From NCBI GenBank assembly GCA_015680685.1, contig MNCI01000459.1, positions 1-64,000 of the forward strand: a DNA stretch of 64,000 bases. Direction: 5' to 3'. Source of the DNA: Gnetum montanum. Taxonomy: Eukaryota; Plantae; Gnetophyta. Position numbers and translations under genes: made by a program. This document shows positions 52,001 through 64,000 of this stretch, piece after piece (the first letter of the stretch is position 1; each line of letters opens with the position of its first letter). The notes beneath the pieces are model-generated. The model was not told where the DNA came from and did no database searches. It saw only the letters and a list, made by a program, of their open reading frames with translations.

Positions 52001-53997
52001 NNNNNNNNNNNNNNNNNNNNNNNNNNNNNNNNNNNNNNNNNNNNNNNNNNNNNNNNNNNNNNNNNNNNNNNNNNNNNNNNNNNNNNNNNNNNNNNNNNNN
52101 NNNNNNNNNNNNNNNNTGATGTCTTTCGTCCTTTTTACTTTTATCCTCACCTTTATGTTCATGGTGGCTGCGTCTAGATGTGGAAGGAGAGGGTGAGTGA
52201 TGTGAAGAAGGGGAAGAAGAAGGGGAACCATCACCATGACGATGTTTCTTGCCTTCTCTTCGAGTCCTACAGCCTTGATCGTGGTGACGATCAAAGTGCC
52301 CGTCCTTAGCATTAGAGGTTGTTCCCTCTATGAATAGCTGGTGTTCACAGGCATCAGAACTAGGGATCTATATCGTTGATCATAGGTTCTGATACCCATC
52401 CTCCTCACCATTGTTAGGAGGAGGGACATCTTTTGCTAAATAACCTGTGCTAAAGGGTTCTTCATCTCCTATTTCACTAAGGACATGCGGGACCTTGCCC
52501 TTCAATAGTGCATATTGAATCTCCTTCCTCAAGTCTCTCATACATTGGACATCCATGGGATAATAATCCCTCATGTCAAAATCTTCCGCAACTTATTTGG
52601 CAAATAGTTCTTGCATGCCAATCTATGCTAAGGCATGGAAAAGCATGCGAGAGATAGCTCGATCTGGGGGTAACACAATGTTACCTTGCAAATCTCTCCA
52701 CCGCAGTTTCTCATCCTAATGGAGAACAAAAGTAAAATTAGGAATATACTCATCAGGATGAGTATATGTCATCTTATATTGTTCAGGACTTGGCTGATTC
52801 TGGTTATGGTTTTTATCTTGTCGACTATCTCGTGTGTTTTTCTTAGGTGGTGAGTTGCTCTTATGAGAAGAAGAAATTTTTATCGGTGTGCTAAATTTAC
52901 CGTTATATTAGTTTTCTTTTGATTAACCCAAAGGTTTGGTAAGGCTCATAGCGATGTGAATGATATCCCTTATGTTCTATTTGGCGCACAAACACTTAGT
53001 CCCTGACAACGGTGCCAATGATGAGTGGCGAGGTACCCCTACACTCAACCATACGAAACAAGCGTAGCATGCACAATCCGGTAGAACTCTACAAACTAAA
53101 TGCCTAAACACCCCATGGAACACTTGGGGTTAATCATTCGTTGTCTTCCTAGACTTTCTTGTTGTTGTCATGGTGTATTGTTAAGTAAGTCTGAGGTATA
53201 TGATTTTTTTGGTTTTTTATGATTTTATGTCTTCTATACTAAGAGCAAAGGGTTGAGAAACTAACTAACTCTAACTAATGTCCTAAGTCTAAATTAACTA
53301 GTGTCAGCATCCATTCCCACTTATCGTACACACCCTGAACTATGCAACTATGGCTACCAAATGCTAATCATTACTGGGATCACCACACGTAACGCACGTG
53401 CTCGAAGTGATCATACCGAGGCACCTATCTAGCCTAAGTGTGATGAGCAACCGATTCCTTGACTAGTCGAACACATCTGTAGATGCTCGTAATCAAGTCG
53501 TACTCATCCTGCGTTCTAGGAGACAAGGGTGAGAGAATCTAATCGCGATGAGTAGCCAATTCCTTGGTTAGTTGTACATATTCGTCAATGCTCGTAACTA
53601 AGTCGTACTCATGCCGTGCTAATGCATGTAATAAATGATAGGTAGGAAATAACATGTAATAAACCTATTCCATGTACTACAAGGTTTAACCACAAAGCTC
53701 GTCTTTATTGCCGTACACAACTTGCGTTCAAGTATAAAGCTGCTCGAATAAAGATCTGTTCACTTGGGGACTCCTACTGCGGGCACACGGAAAATATTCT
53801 ATCTCAGGAGTGATTAAATTGCCAGAGCTTCGCTACTTCTAGCCTAGGATGAGAAATGAGGGGAGTTCCACCTCTTATTTATAGATTTGGCGGCAGACCG
53901 CGATATCGCGTACATGATATCGCATGGGATGCGATATCGCGGCGGCCACGATATCATGTACGTGATATCGCGATGCATGCTATATCGTGTCTCATCA
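46053..53997 (-). mobile_element. Athila-like Gypsy (Athila-2), 3'-truncated: 5' LTR 53019-53997, PBS, gag-PR-RT-RH-INT
   Basis: LTR TGATGAG...CTCATCA. Protease ALFDLGSGVNL (~50430), RT FLDGYSGYNQI and IFMEDF, integrase HEGPCGGH and ISDN. No 3' LTR. Assignment of 46053-46881 crosses a gap and is less certain. Confidence 0.88.
52998..53017 (-). promoter_or_regulatory. PBS of Athila-2 (tRNA-Asp type)
   Basis: TGGCACCGTTGTCAGGGACT just after the LTR, close to the Athila consensus TGGCGCCGTTGCCGGGGA. Confidence 0.8.
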
Positions 53998-56204
53998 CAA
54001 GGTTTATCAGAAAGCTTGTCTTTATTGCTGCACACACTATTGTGCTTAGGTAAAATAATTCTTAAATAAAGATCTATACACTTAATGATTCTTGTTGTGA
54101 GCACTTGGGGAGAAAATTCTAGCTTTTGAATAGAAAAAATGCAAGAGCTTCACTACTACTAAATTTGGACTCCCATAAATGCGATGGGTAGGTGAGCATT
54201 TATAGGTGATGGACAAACACCGTGTTGATGAGGTAATGTCAACGTAGGTTGAAATGTATCAACGGGGCCTCGTTGATGATGCCTTGTCAACGTGATTAGC
54301 TATGTTGACAAGGCCTCATCAACGTAGCCAGCCAATGACAACTCATCATACCCCCACAACTGAATAAAAAATCTTCCTCGTGTTCTTTTACAAAATTTGG
54401 AAGGCATGGGATTATTAATTGACTTTTCTTTCAACAAAAAAAACTTGACTGAATCGACAAAAAATTGGGATGCATGGGTGTATAGATTAACACATTACAA
54501 AAATGGTGGTGTTTAGGAGACAAAATTGAACACCATGATACAACTCATCAAAAATTGGACAACACATTTCTTGATGATGTGAAGCTTGTTGGAGAAGATC
54601 AAATGGTCCCAGGCAATGGTGGTTCCTAAGGCTTCGAGGAACCTTCATCGACTTCATGCACTGGCGATGGTTGAGGCTGTGGTTGTCCTGCTACTGCTGC
54701 AACTTTAGGTGGAAGGTGGAAAGCATCTAACAGTGCTTTCATTTTCTCCTCCTTACACTTGGGATCATGCATCATCCACACAACTTTTCCAATGTGGGTT
54801 GGAATGGGCATCTCCCAAGGACACGGGATCACTGAAAACAACTCCTTGACATTGACAAACTAAGCAACAAATTATTTGCATTCAATGTCGAATGCTCCCA
54901 CTATGTTCTTCAGCTCTTAGCAGTCATTCATCCATTTGGCTAAGTCCTTGGTGATGGATCGTTGATCTATGAATCACCCTTTGAGGACTTCGAGTTCAGC
55001 ATTAGCAATCTCAAGCTTTTGCTTAGTGTCCTTGTGGTGTTTGAACTCAGCCTTGTATAGTAGATATGAGCTAGCCACTTGCTTCTTCAATTTTTACCGT
55101 GGCCAATACATAGATGGATCTATCCCACTTGTTCTTTCTTACTACTCTTGTTCACTCAAGAGCTACTCTTAGATTTGTCATAGATGCTCAAGGACTATGC
55201 ATGCCTTTCATGTTGTCTCCTAAGTGGGTGGTGGTGGTGACAACTCCTCTTCTTGGATGGCTACTGGCATTTTATCCTTCATGATTTCTACCCATGAGGC
55301 CAAGCGAGTATGCCTGAGAGTGTCATTGGAATAGCAAATAATACCTAAACTCTTAGAAATTTTTCTTATAAGGCATGGAAATGGTAGGGTCCTCCTTCCA
55401 CATTCATTTTCCTTGAAACACTTCTCAATCTTCGAATAAATTAGCTGTGAAAGGTTTAGAAATTTCTTGCTCAAAGTAGTGCATGAATGAGTGGAGAGGC
55501 AGTCGCCTTACTTGGCCTCACTATTGGATTGAGGTGATAGGCTAAAATCTTGCAATAAATTTGCTCGATCAGTGTGAGCGCACCATACTCCTTATGGTCC
55601 ACCACGTAACATCACTGGGTCCACTTCCTTTTTGCCTCAAGGTCATCTTTTGTTGATATTTTGGCCAACTGTGTTTTGATGTTGGGTAACCCCAGTTCTT
55701 ATGCAATGGCCTCCACCAAGTAGGACACTTGAACATCCTTGATTTTTACAATGAACCTTGGCCTTCAGCTATTCAGAAGAGATAGGTATCTCTCATGTAC
55801 CACTCTCCACTAGTCATTATGATTGGCCAGATGGGAGAGGTTTGCAATTGTGTTCTGACATCCTCTGGAGCTTTCTCCAAAAATAGCCCAAAGTTTATTT
55901 CTTGAAGAACTGATCTTTGGATCTCTCAGGACTTAACGATGTCTAGGTAGGCTTAAGTTAGAGTGACCTCAAGCCTAGGCATAGGTCTAGGTACTTTTCC
56001 TCATTGAGATTATTCTGTGGGCACTTCGTCTTGTGGAATTTGTTAAAAAGATTCCACTTTGGGCTCCTCACGAAGAGGTCCCCTTACATGGATCACCTCT
56101 TATTGTTTTTGGAATTGTTCTTACTAGCCCCTTCTAGCTATGGATTGTTTCTTCCATGGTTGTGAGGGTTCTCCTTCTTGCAAGCACTTTTGTTTGGGTG
56201 CCAT
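53998..56204 (-). mobile_element. Athila-1 remnant, copy D (ORF2 plus LTR start 54348-53998, interrupted by Athila-2)
   Basis: Reverse complement of 3297-5501. Homology to copy A stops exactly where the Athila-2 LTR begins. Confidence 0.75.
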
Positions 56205-57441
56205 TTGCAATCACAATAGAAACATGGATTAGAAATCATTGTGTAACCTTAAAATAATTAGGATACCTTAACTCTTGAGGGTGGTTACACTTGGCTAAGT
56301 TGTAATTATGAATGATTTAATTAACTTAATCATTATTTCTATTAATGGCTTATCATTGATAAATAATCCCAAAGGTTGTTGGAAGCGCTAACTTGGAAAA
56401 AGTTGATGTTTATGTATGATTAAAGTTACTAACCCTTAAGGGAGTTGGAAAAAAAATTTCAAAAATTGCATCAGAAACCTTAAGGTTTGTGGCCCCCATA
56501 ATAAAGATCTTACCTCTGGTGCAACAGGGCATGGTATTACATAACTTTTCTAAAATCTTGCTTCTTGGAAAAAAGATCATTGAACCTCCAAGTAATGACC
56601 CTTTCCTTTTTTGCAAATCATAGTAATATGAATGATATTTAATTTTAGTTTCCACCATTCATTCCCTTGTAATATAGACAAAAATTAAAAACAAGAATTA
56701 AGCTTTAGTATTCCAAATTGATGAGCACCATGAAGCCCATCTATTGGATTGAGAGGATATTTTCACACATGATTTATGTACAAAAGATTGCACTTATAAA
56801 TACAAGATAAAGGAGATTTGACTTTCCAGTTTGATCTTGAAAGAATAACATATCATTCCATGAGCCTATCTAGAAAACTACTATAATTTTCACAAGTAAA
56901 ATTTTATGTATCCAAGTAGTTGTAATTTGAGTTGAATAATTGAGACTAGAGAATGAGCAGCATCATACAGAGTCTATAGCAATTTCTTTGTTGTGATAGT
57001 ATAAATTATACCTACGGACTTAAGTGGAATCATAGAGTTTTGAAGCCCACTCAAAATTACCTGGACAAGTGAACACATTTTAAAGTTGTTGATTGAAAGG
57101 ATCAACCAAAACTGAAAAAGCAAAAGCAAGATAGATGCCTAGAAGCAAAAAAATGCAATACCTTGACCCATTGATTTACCATAAGATGAAAAGGCCTATT
57201 AGTTGGGTAACTAGAAAAAAAGGTATATCCTAAGAAATGCATTACTATAGAGCTATGAGTATTCCAAATTGGGTAAGGTTCTATGGGAAATATGTTAATT
57301 GCCACCAACTTCGAGAACATGTTAATAGGAAAATTAGGATAATAGATATCAAAAAATCCTATCAGCTACAAATCATGTTTCATTCCCCAAAATTTCTAAA
57401 TGCAATAAAATCACTTGATTCTTAGTTTCTCATTCCAAAAA

Positions 57442-60400
57442 TTAGAGTATGTAAATTGAAAAATACAATCTCTCCATCTTTTCATCCAAACTATAATTCC
57501 CAACGGTTTTCAATCCACTAATTACCATATCAAAATTTTGAGTCTTTGGAACCAATTTCAGTTTTGTCATTTCAACTAACAAATCTGCCTCATTTAAAAT
57601 CCTACCCCCACAACAAGACAACCTTATGAGCATGGTGTAAACAGGTCGATTAAGGGGATGACCTTTAACCTTCATGTCATTGAACAGATTGTAAGCCTCA
57701 GAAAATTGGCCCCTCTTGCAGAAAGCCTTGAGCAAGGGAGCATAAAGGCTTGGATAGGGTCTCACCCCTTCTTGCATTGCACTCTGTACAAGCCTAAATG
57801 CATCATCTATTTTTCTAGATTTTGGGGCACCCTTTATCAAGATTTGATAGGTGTTACTGTCAAGATACAAACCTTTGCTAGCAGCCTTGGAAAGAAGATC
57901 TAACGAAAGATCAACCTCACCAGCATTAAGAAGGGCTTGCAAGAATGAGTTAAATGTTCCCATGCATGGCAACAAGCCTTCCTTCATCGTTCTTCTGACA
58001 AAGTCTTTGGCCGTGTTAAGATTTCCTACAGAAGTGTGAGATTTTGTATCAGTCAGTTTTTCAGGTATCATATCCCATGCATAGAAGAGAAAGGCAACAC
58101 TAAAATAAAGAAGATAAAACATTTAGAATAAAGAATAAGAATAAAATAGATAACCTGAATTCTTGCTAGCATGAAATACATGCGCTATGTTACTAAGGGT
58201 ACCTAGAAAAAGTGTGAAGATTTGCAATTTGTTTCATAGGAAATTTATTGGTTATTAATATCTAGCTTAAACCCTCATGTAATAAATTAAGACTTCTTAG
58301 CTAATCAAACTATTATTAAACAAAAATAATACAAAACATAAGATGGCCATAATATACTATTATTTGTAACTTGACCACCAAACCTAAAACTTCCAAACGA
58401 AACAAATTCTATTTACTATTAAAAATTAACCACATTAAAGGACTTCACACATGCATTGAGTTATATACCATGTGTCATTTGCAAGGTAATTCCAGTGAGC
58501 CTAGGGTTTGACTTGCACATTTATCCTAAGAAGGCATGTCAATTTGTTTTCACATATTTAGAGTTTCTATTTGAAGTCTCCTTGATCAGTAGGCTGGATC
58601 CTATAATAATGTTGCATCTTTAACTCTATATTTGGAACCTGGCCACAAAGGATTCCAGAAGTTTCCATCTTTCAAACATATATAAATGAATTTGCAAAAT
58701 GCCAAGTACTAGCAAAGCAAATGGTAACGTGAAAGTTGACAAGATGCTGGATAACAGGGATAACCTGTGCAAGAGATGATATAAATAGAAGCATGGCCTG
58801 AAGAACTGTCTGAAGCCCTGCTTTCAGAACTAAGAAAATTTAGTTATTGAGTGTTGAATAATATATATGAGATGAATCTGTGAAAAGTATCAAATTCCTC
58901 TCTGAAGATCTTGTTGTTGCCTTCTTGGTGGATCAAAGGCCATCTGAATTATTGGGAAATTATACATTTAGGTTATGACAAAATACTGATTCAACCAAGT
59001 CAAAACCCCCATATTTTAACATAAATTAAATGGTTAGTACTAGTGCTGCAAGTAACAAAAATTGTAAATACCCAGAAAAAACTTGATTTCTCTCACCAGC
59101 AGCCAACAGTCCACTGATTAACACATCATGACTTCCAACAGGAGGCTCATGCACATGTACGCTCATATCCTCCAAAAATGTTTGTGCTTCGGTAAGTTTA
59201 CCCTCACGGCACCATGCCCCAACCACGATCTCATATGTTTCAGTGTTTGGTTTGCATCCCTTCTGTACCATCTTGTTCACTAATGCATACCCACCTTTAT
59301 AATTCCTTACATCACATAAGGCTTTCAATAGTGATTTATATAGCTTCTTTTGAGTCAAAGGCATGTTAGATACAAGGAGAATGTTGACCTCGCTTTAAAC
59401 AATTAGAAAAATTCACTTAAAACAAATTTTAGGGTGTAAGAAGAGATTTCTTGGGACTTTGAGATGAATGATCATTACATAAAGAGGACTTATAGTGTTG
59501 GGCTTTCAGTTATGTTCACGGGGCTCTATTAATAATTTTCCAATTCCTTTGGGATGTAACTCTCAGTGAAAATTATGAAGTGTTTCTTCAAAAGTATAGG
59601 TCTAATTTAAATGAGTTATAATATATTATTAAACTAAAACGGAAGGTTTATTATATCTAAAGACCCATAGGACATATTAGACCAATATTACATTTTCATG
59701 AAAAATAAAGACAGGCTCTACAAATTGACGAAGCACCAATGGCAGCAGCAAAAACAAACCATATAAGTTTTTTTCGCTGCAACATTTTACTACTATTTCA
59801 CAAGGGTGGCCACAACACAGAAAAGAAACACATGCAACTCATCCTCAAGGGTTTCTGACCTGCACCATCTACAGGTGCACTCTTATAGGGGGAGTTGAAT
59901 CCATCTTCCACTTTCAATTCTAAGATATTGTGAACTTAACTAAAGCTTGCTAATAGCAATCTGATACTTTATTAGAATAATAGCTGAGAGATAATAAGCT
60001 TCTGCATCTAGTTTATTAAATGTAATGTGATGCAAATAAAATTTTTTCTTGCCTTCTAAATTAGACCACAACTATGTTACAACCTTCTGTTTGACTACCT
60101 AGCAAATATGCTTAAGATTTTGTTGCACTTCCTCCTAAGAAATATTCCATTTTCTTAACCACTACACTCCTTGAAAATACCAACCCCAATCTTATGAATC
60201 CGCAATAACTGCTTTAGAGAATTGGCACAAGACTTCTACTTTTAAAGGTAACAAATCACATTCACAAAAAAACATTGAGTAAGGTATTTGCATCTTCATC
60301 TTTAAATCATTAAGAAGAAAGGTTTTTTGCACCAAGTCTATGTCCCCAAACAACACATCCATACAATATAGTAGGATAGATAATAGTTTGAAAATTTATT

Positions 60401-61541
60401 TTGTAACATTGCAAGCTCATAGTCCTAAATCCTAACCTCCTGCTATTCTTTCTTTCCATGTATCTAACATGAACTCTTGTTTACCATTGGACTCTATTAA
60501 GAACTAAAGTTTTATGAAATTGCAATTTTTGATTCTGCTCTAAAAGTAAAACATTTACATATAAAGGGAAGAAAATATGAGAGAAAAACAACACTAGTCC
60601 TGGGCAATGATCTAAGCTTCCCTAAATTGTAAAATTATAGATTTTCATCATGATAAAACTTTAGATTTCCATTTCAACTATGATACGGACAATCACCCAC
60701 CCCTTAAAAAATGGGCTTTATTAAGGGGTAAAAGGCATATTGCCACTACAAAATTTAAAGAGAAATTGCACTATGGTTAACCATTGTCTAGCTATTTAAT
60801 CAAAAAATAAACAATAATTTTGAAAAAAAATACAGTAAGCAGTAGACCCAGATCACAAAAATAGGGCTATCAACCAAAAATCCTAATCGAATTCCCAGTC
60901 ATTAAAAAAAATGCAAATGCACTAACTTGAACAGTACGAGGTACACCAAAATTCTTCATCCGATTGAAAACATCGACGACCTTGATGATAAGTCGGGCTC
61001 TGCCATAAGCTTCAATAATGGCACAGAAGGTCCTGGTGGATAGTAAAAAATTCTCTGGCCTCATTTCCTCTGCAACTCTCCACATGGATTCCCAGTGCCC
61101 ACCCACCCCCAAGATCCAGACCATCTCCTCAAATTCCATAGTTGTGGGTTCGTATCCGGGTTGCTGGTGTGCCCAATTGAAGAATCTGAGGGCCTCCCTA
61201 CCCATGGCTGAGCAATCTCTCGTAACTTGCCACACCTCTGAATTTACCGATATTCCCATTCTCTGTAGACTTCTCTCCATGAAAATGTCGTTGCGCACAA
61301 TCCTGCAAATGTGGTGCACTGCTGCGAAGTATTTGTCTCTGGATGTCTGGATTTGGATTAGGTCTCTGATATCTGCTACTGCTGAGTTCAGGGTCCCCTG
61401 TTCTGGCTCTGCAATTGGATTTTCAGGGTCTTTGTAAGAATGGTAAGTGTGGGTGATGAGAATTGATGGGACTTTCAAAATTTGTAGCAATGGCAGAACG
61501 TGGAGGAGCTTCTGTGCTCGGAGAATCAGGTCCAGTGACAT
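57442..61541 (-). CDS. Intact 3-exon P-class PPR protein, At5g18390-like, probably mitochondrial; join(61541-60927, 59343-59097, 58025-57442), 481 aa
   Basis: GT-AG sites with matching phases (0, 1) and 615+247+584 = 1446 nt with no stop. Family motifs YFAAVHHI, ALRFFNWA..QPGYEPT, LLKALCDV, PSLYAP and MKVKGHPLNRPVYTMLI recall At5g18390. Targeting is inferred from the homologue. Confidence 0.88.
59995..60220. repeat. Old ~230-bp dispersed repeat in PPR intron 1; inverted copies at ~63030-63255 and ~10600-10825, direct copy at ~45005-45225
   Basis: Shared blocks AAGAAAATGGAATAT, TGCAACAAAATCTT and TAATAAACTAGATGCA. Confidence 0.65.
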
Positions 61542-63850
61542 GAAACTTTAGACTTAGCGTTTCCACTAGCAAGCTAGCTTCATCAAAATGTTTGAGAAGC
61601 GTAATGCAGGGTTGTGCTTGGAGATTGTTTAGCCAACTTTTTTAAGCTCGTGCGAAGGTTAAGGCTTTCAGTTTTGGTTAGAAATTTGAAAGGTAACTAT
61701 TTTCGTCATAAGAGTTCTCTGACAATGACAATGGGACAATGGACTAATCCCTTGAGGTACTTGTCCTACTTTAACTAGACAATGAGTTAATTACTTAATC
61801 ACTTCACAATAAAAAGGAGGTCTTACCTAGTGGTAAGATTCTTGATTTGAAAGATGGTGGACAATATTGAGTTATAAAAGTTCTAATTAGATTTATAATA
61901 CAATTATTTCACAATTCCAACACCCAATCTAGGGTGTGCTACCTACACAAATCACAATAATTGCTCAGTATGATGCTTCAAAAGATATTGTTTTTAGAGA
62001 GTTTCAATTGTGTTATATATGCTTAAAACATGCTTCCAAGCTTGGCATGGTGGTGTTGTTATAGTTATGCTTGATGCTTTAGAAGAATTATAGAGGATTA
62101 TAATGATACCTCAAGTATGACTCAAACTAGCAACCTTTCACCTAAATATACAGTGAGCTAACCACATGAGCCACCTAACAGTGAGCTAACAACTTGGCAA
62201 AAACGTTGGAAACAAAACAAATCAGAGCTTAACCTAACAATTAGTGACAAATTAAAATCCTAAACAATCTAATAACTAATATTGATACTTATACCCTTAC
62301 CATGTAAACAAGCGTGGTAAAAGATTGTTATTTAATCTAATACTAATACTAATAATTTATGGCTTCTGTGCAGACTCAAAGGATCTATCAGACAAATAAA
62401 CTTATTCAAAATACATCAATAGCAATAAATCCTGAGTATATTAGATGTGTACAATATTGATGCAACTTCAACATGGCTTCTATATAATTCCCTAGAACTA
62501 ATAGTGGTAGCTCAAATAGCTTTTATAGAGAGTGACTTGAGATTTGTCACTTTCTTCTAAAAAAATCTAGTCTACAACATTCTAATAATACATGGTGCTC
62601 TCATCTTCTATCACTTGTAGTATAGCTAACATATAAATTCTAATAATACGTGGTGATCTCATCTTTTATCACCTATAATATAGTGGACATATTCTATCTT
62701 TGAATGGCTCATTGTTCCATCTTCAATGGAGTGGTCCCATTCTTACTTTGCTAATTAGTGTTATCATGGCTATAAGATTAATTACATGTAGATATTTCAT
62801 TTCATTCTAAATGTTACCTCCAATATTTTGTCAATAAAATTGAAGCTTTTTTGGTATTTGTGCCTCATTTTGTCATATTTTTTAAACTTTCTCCATAATA
62901 AGTTTTCGAGCTTATTTTGAATTTATTATTCCATCAATATTATCAATATCCCAATTTTGTAGCCACAATCATCGTACATGGAACCATCCTATTGTTGAGA
63001 TTTTCAAATGATCTCTCCTCAGATCTTATTCTCTAAGACAGTTCTTGAGGATTCATGAGATTGGGGTTAGTATTTCCATCTTAGGAGAATGCAATGGTCA
63101 AGAAAATGGAATATCTTTTGGGAGAACATGCAACAAAATCTTGAGCATATCCACAACTAGTCAACGAGAAGGCTTTAACATACATGTAGTCTAACGTAGA
63201 AGGTTAGAAAATTTTTTATTTATATCACATTAGATCTAATAAACTAGATGCATAACCTCACTATCTCTTAGTTGTTATTTCAATCAAATGTCCATATATT
63301 ATCAACAAAAGAAGAGGGCATCTGTAAGTTATTCAAGTGAAGAGCTCTTATATTATACTTGAACTTTCTTCTTTGTATTTTAACAAAGAAGAATGAAGTG
63401 CTCATATTTATCAAAGAGGAGAATTAAACAAACATGCTTCATTAATAAGGATGTGTCAGTTATGGAATGAGCTACTTCTGCACATTTTATCATTGTTTAA
63501 AGATGATGCTATGTTCAACTTTATATTGACTCTTTTTTTGAAAAAAAAAAAAAAAGCAATGAAGAATGAATAATGGAGTGAGAGCTTAAAGATATTGTTA
63601 ACCAACACTCTTGTCTATCATAGAGGAGACTTGACGATGTTTTACATTGTTCAAGGACGTTTGAGTTGCACATTTTATCGTTCATGAAATATTACACAAT
63701 TGCAACTGAGACTTAGGGACATCATTATTTCAAGATGTCTTACAATCCCATGTAGGAAATATGAGACCATGTATTACAATCCCATGTAGGAAATATGAGA
63801 CCATTGGGTTTTTCTTATGACTTGTCTAAGAAACATCAAATTGTTGGGCA

Positions 63851-63909
<59 letters not shown>

Positions 63910-64000
63910 AGAAGAAGAAGGAAGGGGTGCTGANCGGTGAAAAAAGTCAAAATAAAAAAAATTTGAAAAAATCAAATTAAAAGAACTTTCATTTAGGTGA

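Noticed and set aside
63795-63980. Poly-lysine ORF
   Set aside because: Translation of an expanded poly(A) tract; the paralogous site at ~11379 has a shorter run.

Overview
AT-rich land-plant nuclear DNA with five N-gaps. The intron-containing PPR gene suggests a non-flowering lineage, but that is inference. The window is a rearranged cluster of four segmental copies of one unit: upstream flank, a 3-exon P-class PPR gene resembling Arabidopsis At5g18390, an Athila remnant and an AT-rich flank. Copy D (57442-61541, -) is intact and splices to 481 aa. Copy A (+) keeps only exon 3 next to a gap. Copy B (-) keeps only exon 1 and has a LINE in its 5' UTR. Copy C (-, ~20200-46052) is a pseudogene disrupted by three elements. 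(i) A 4-kb TG...CA insertion with a 5-bp TSD in exon 3 looks like a solo LTR carrying same-strand fragments of at least three host genes (FAD oxidoreductase, CER1, GT29 sialyltransferase-like), two of them fused in frame. (ii) An 18-kb Tat-clade Gypsy in intron 2 carries a spliced antisense gene (NIF/FCP1-like pseudo-phosphatase, PMD/Transposase_32-like region, coiled coil) between protease and RT. It also has three arrays of a covarying hairpin-TAAACT motif at the boundaries of its coding blocks. (iii) A truncated Athila element replaces the 5' part of exon 1. All family assignments come from motif recognition by eye, not database searches.
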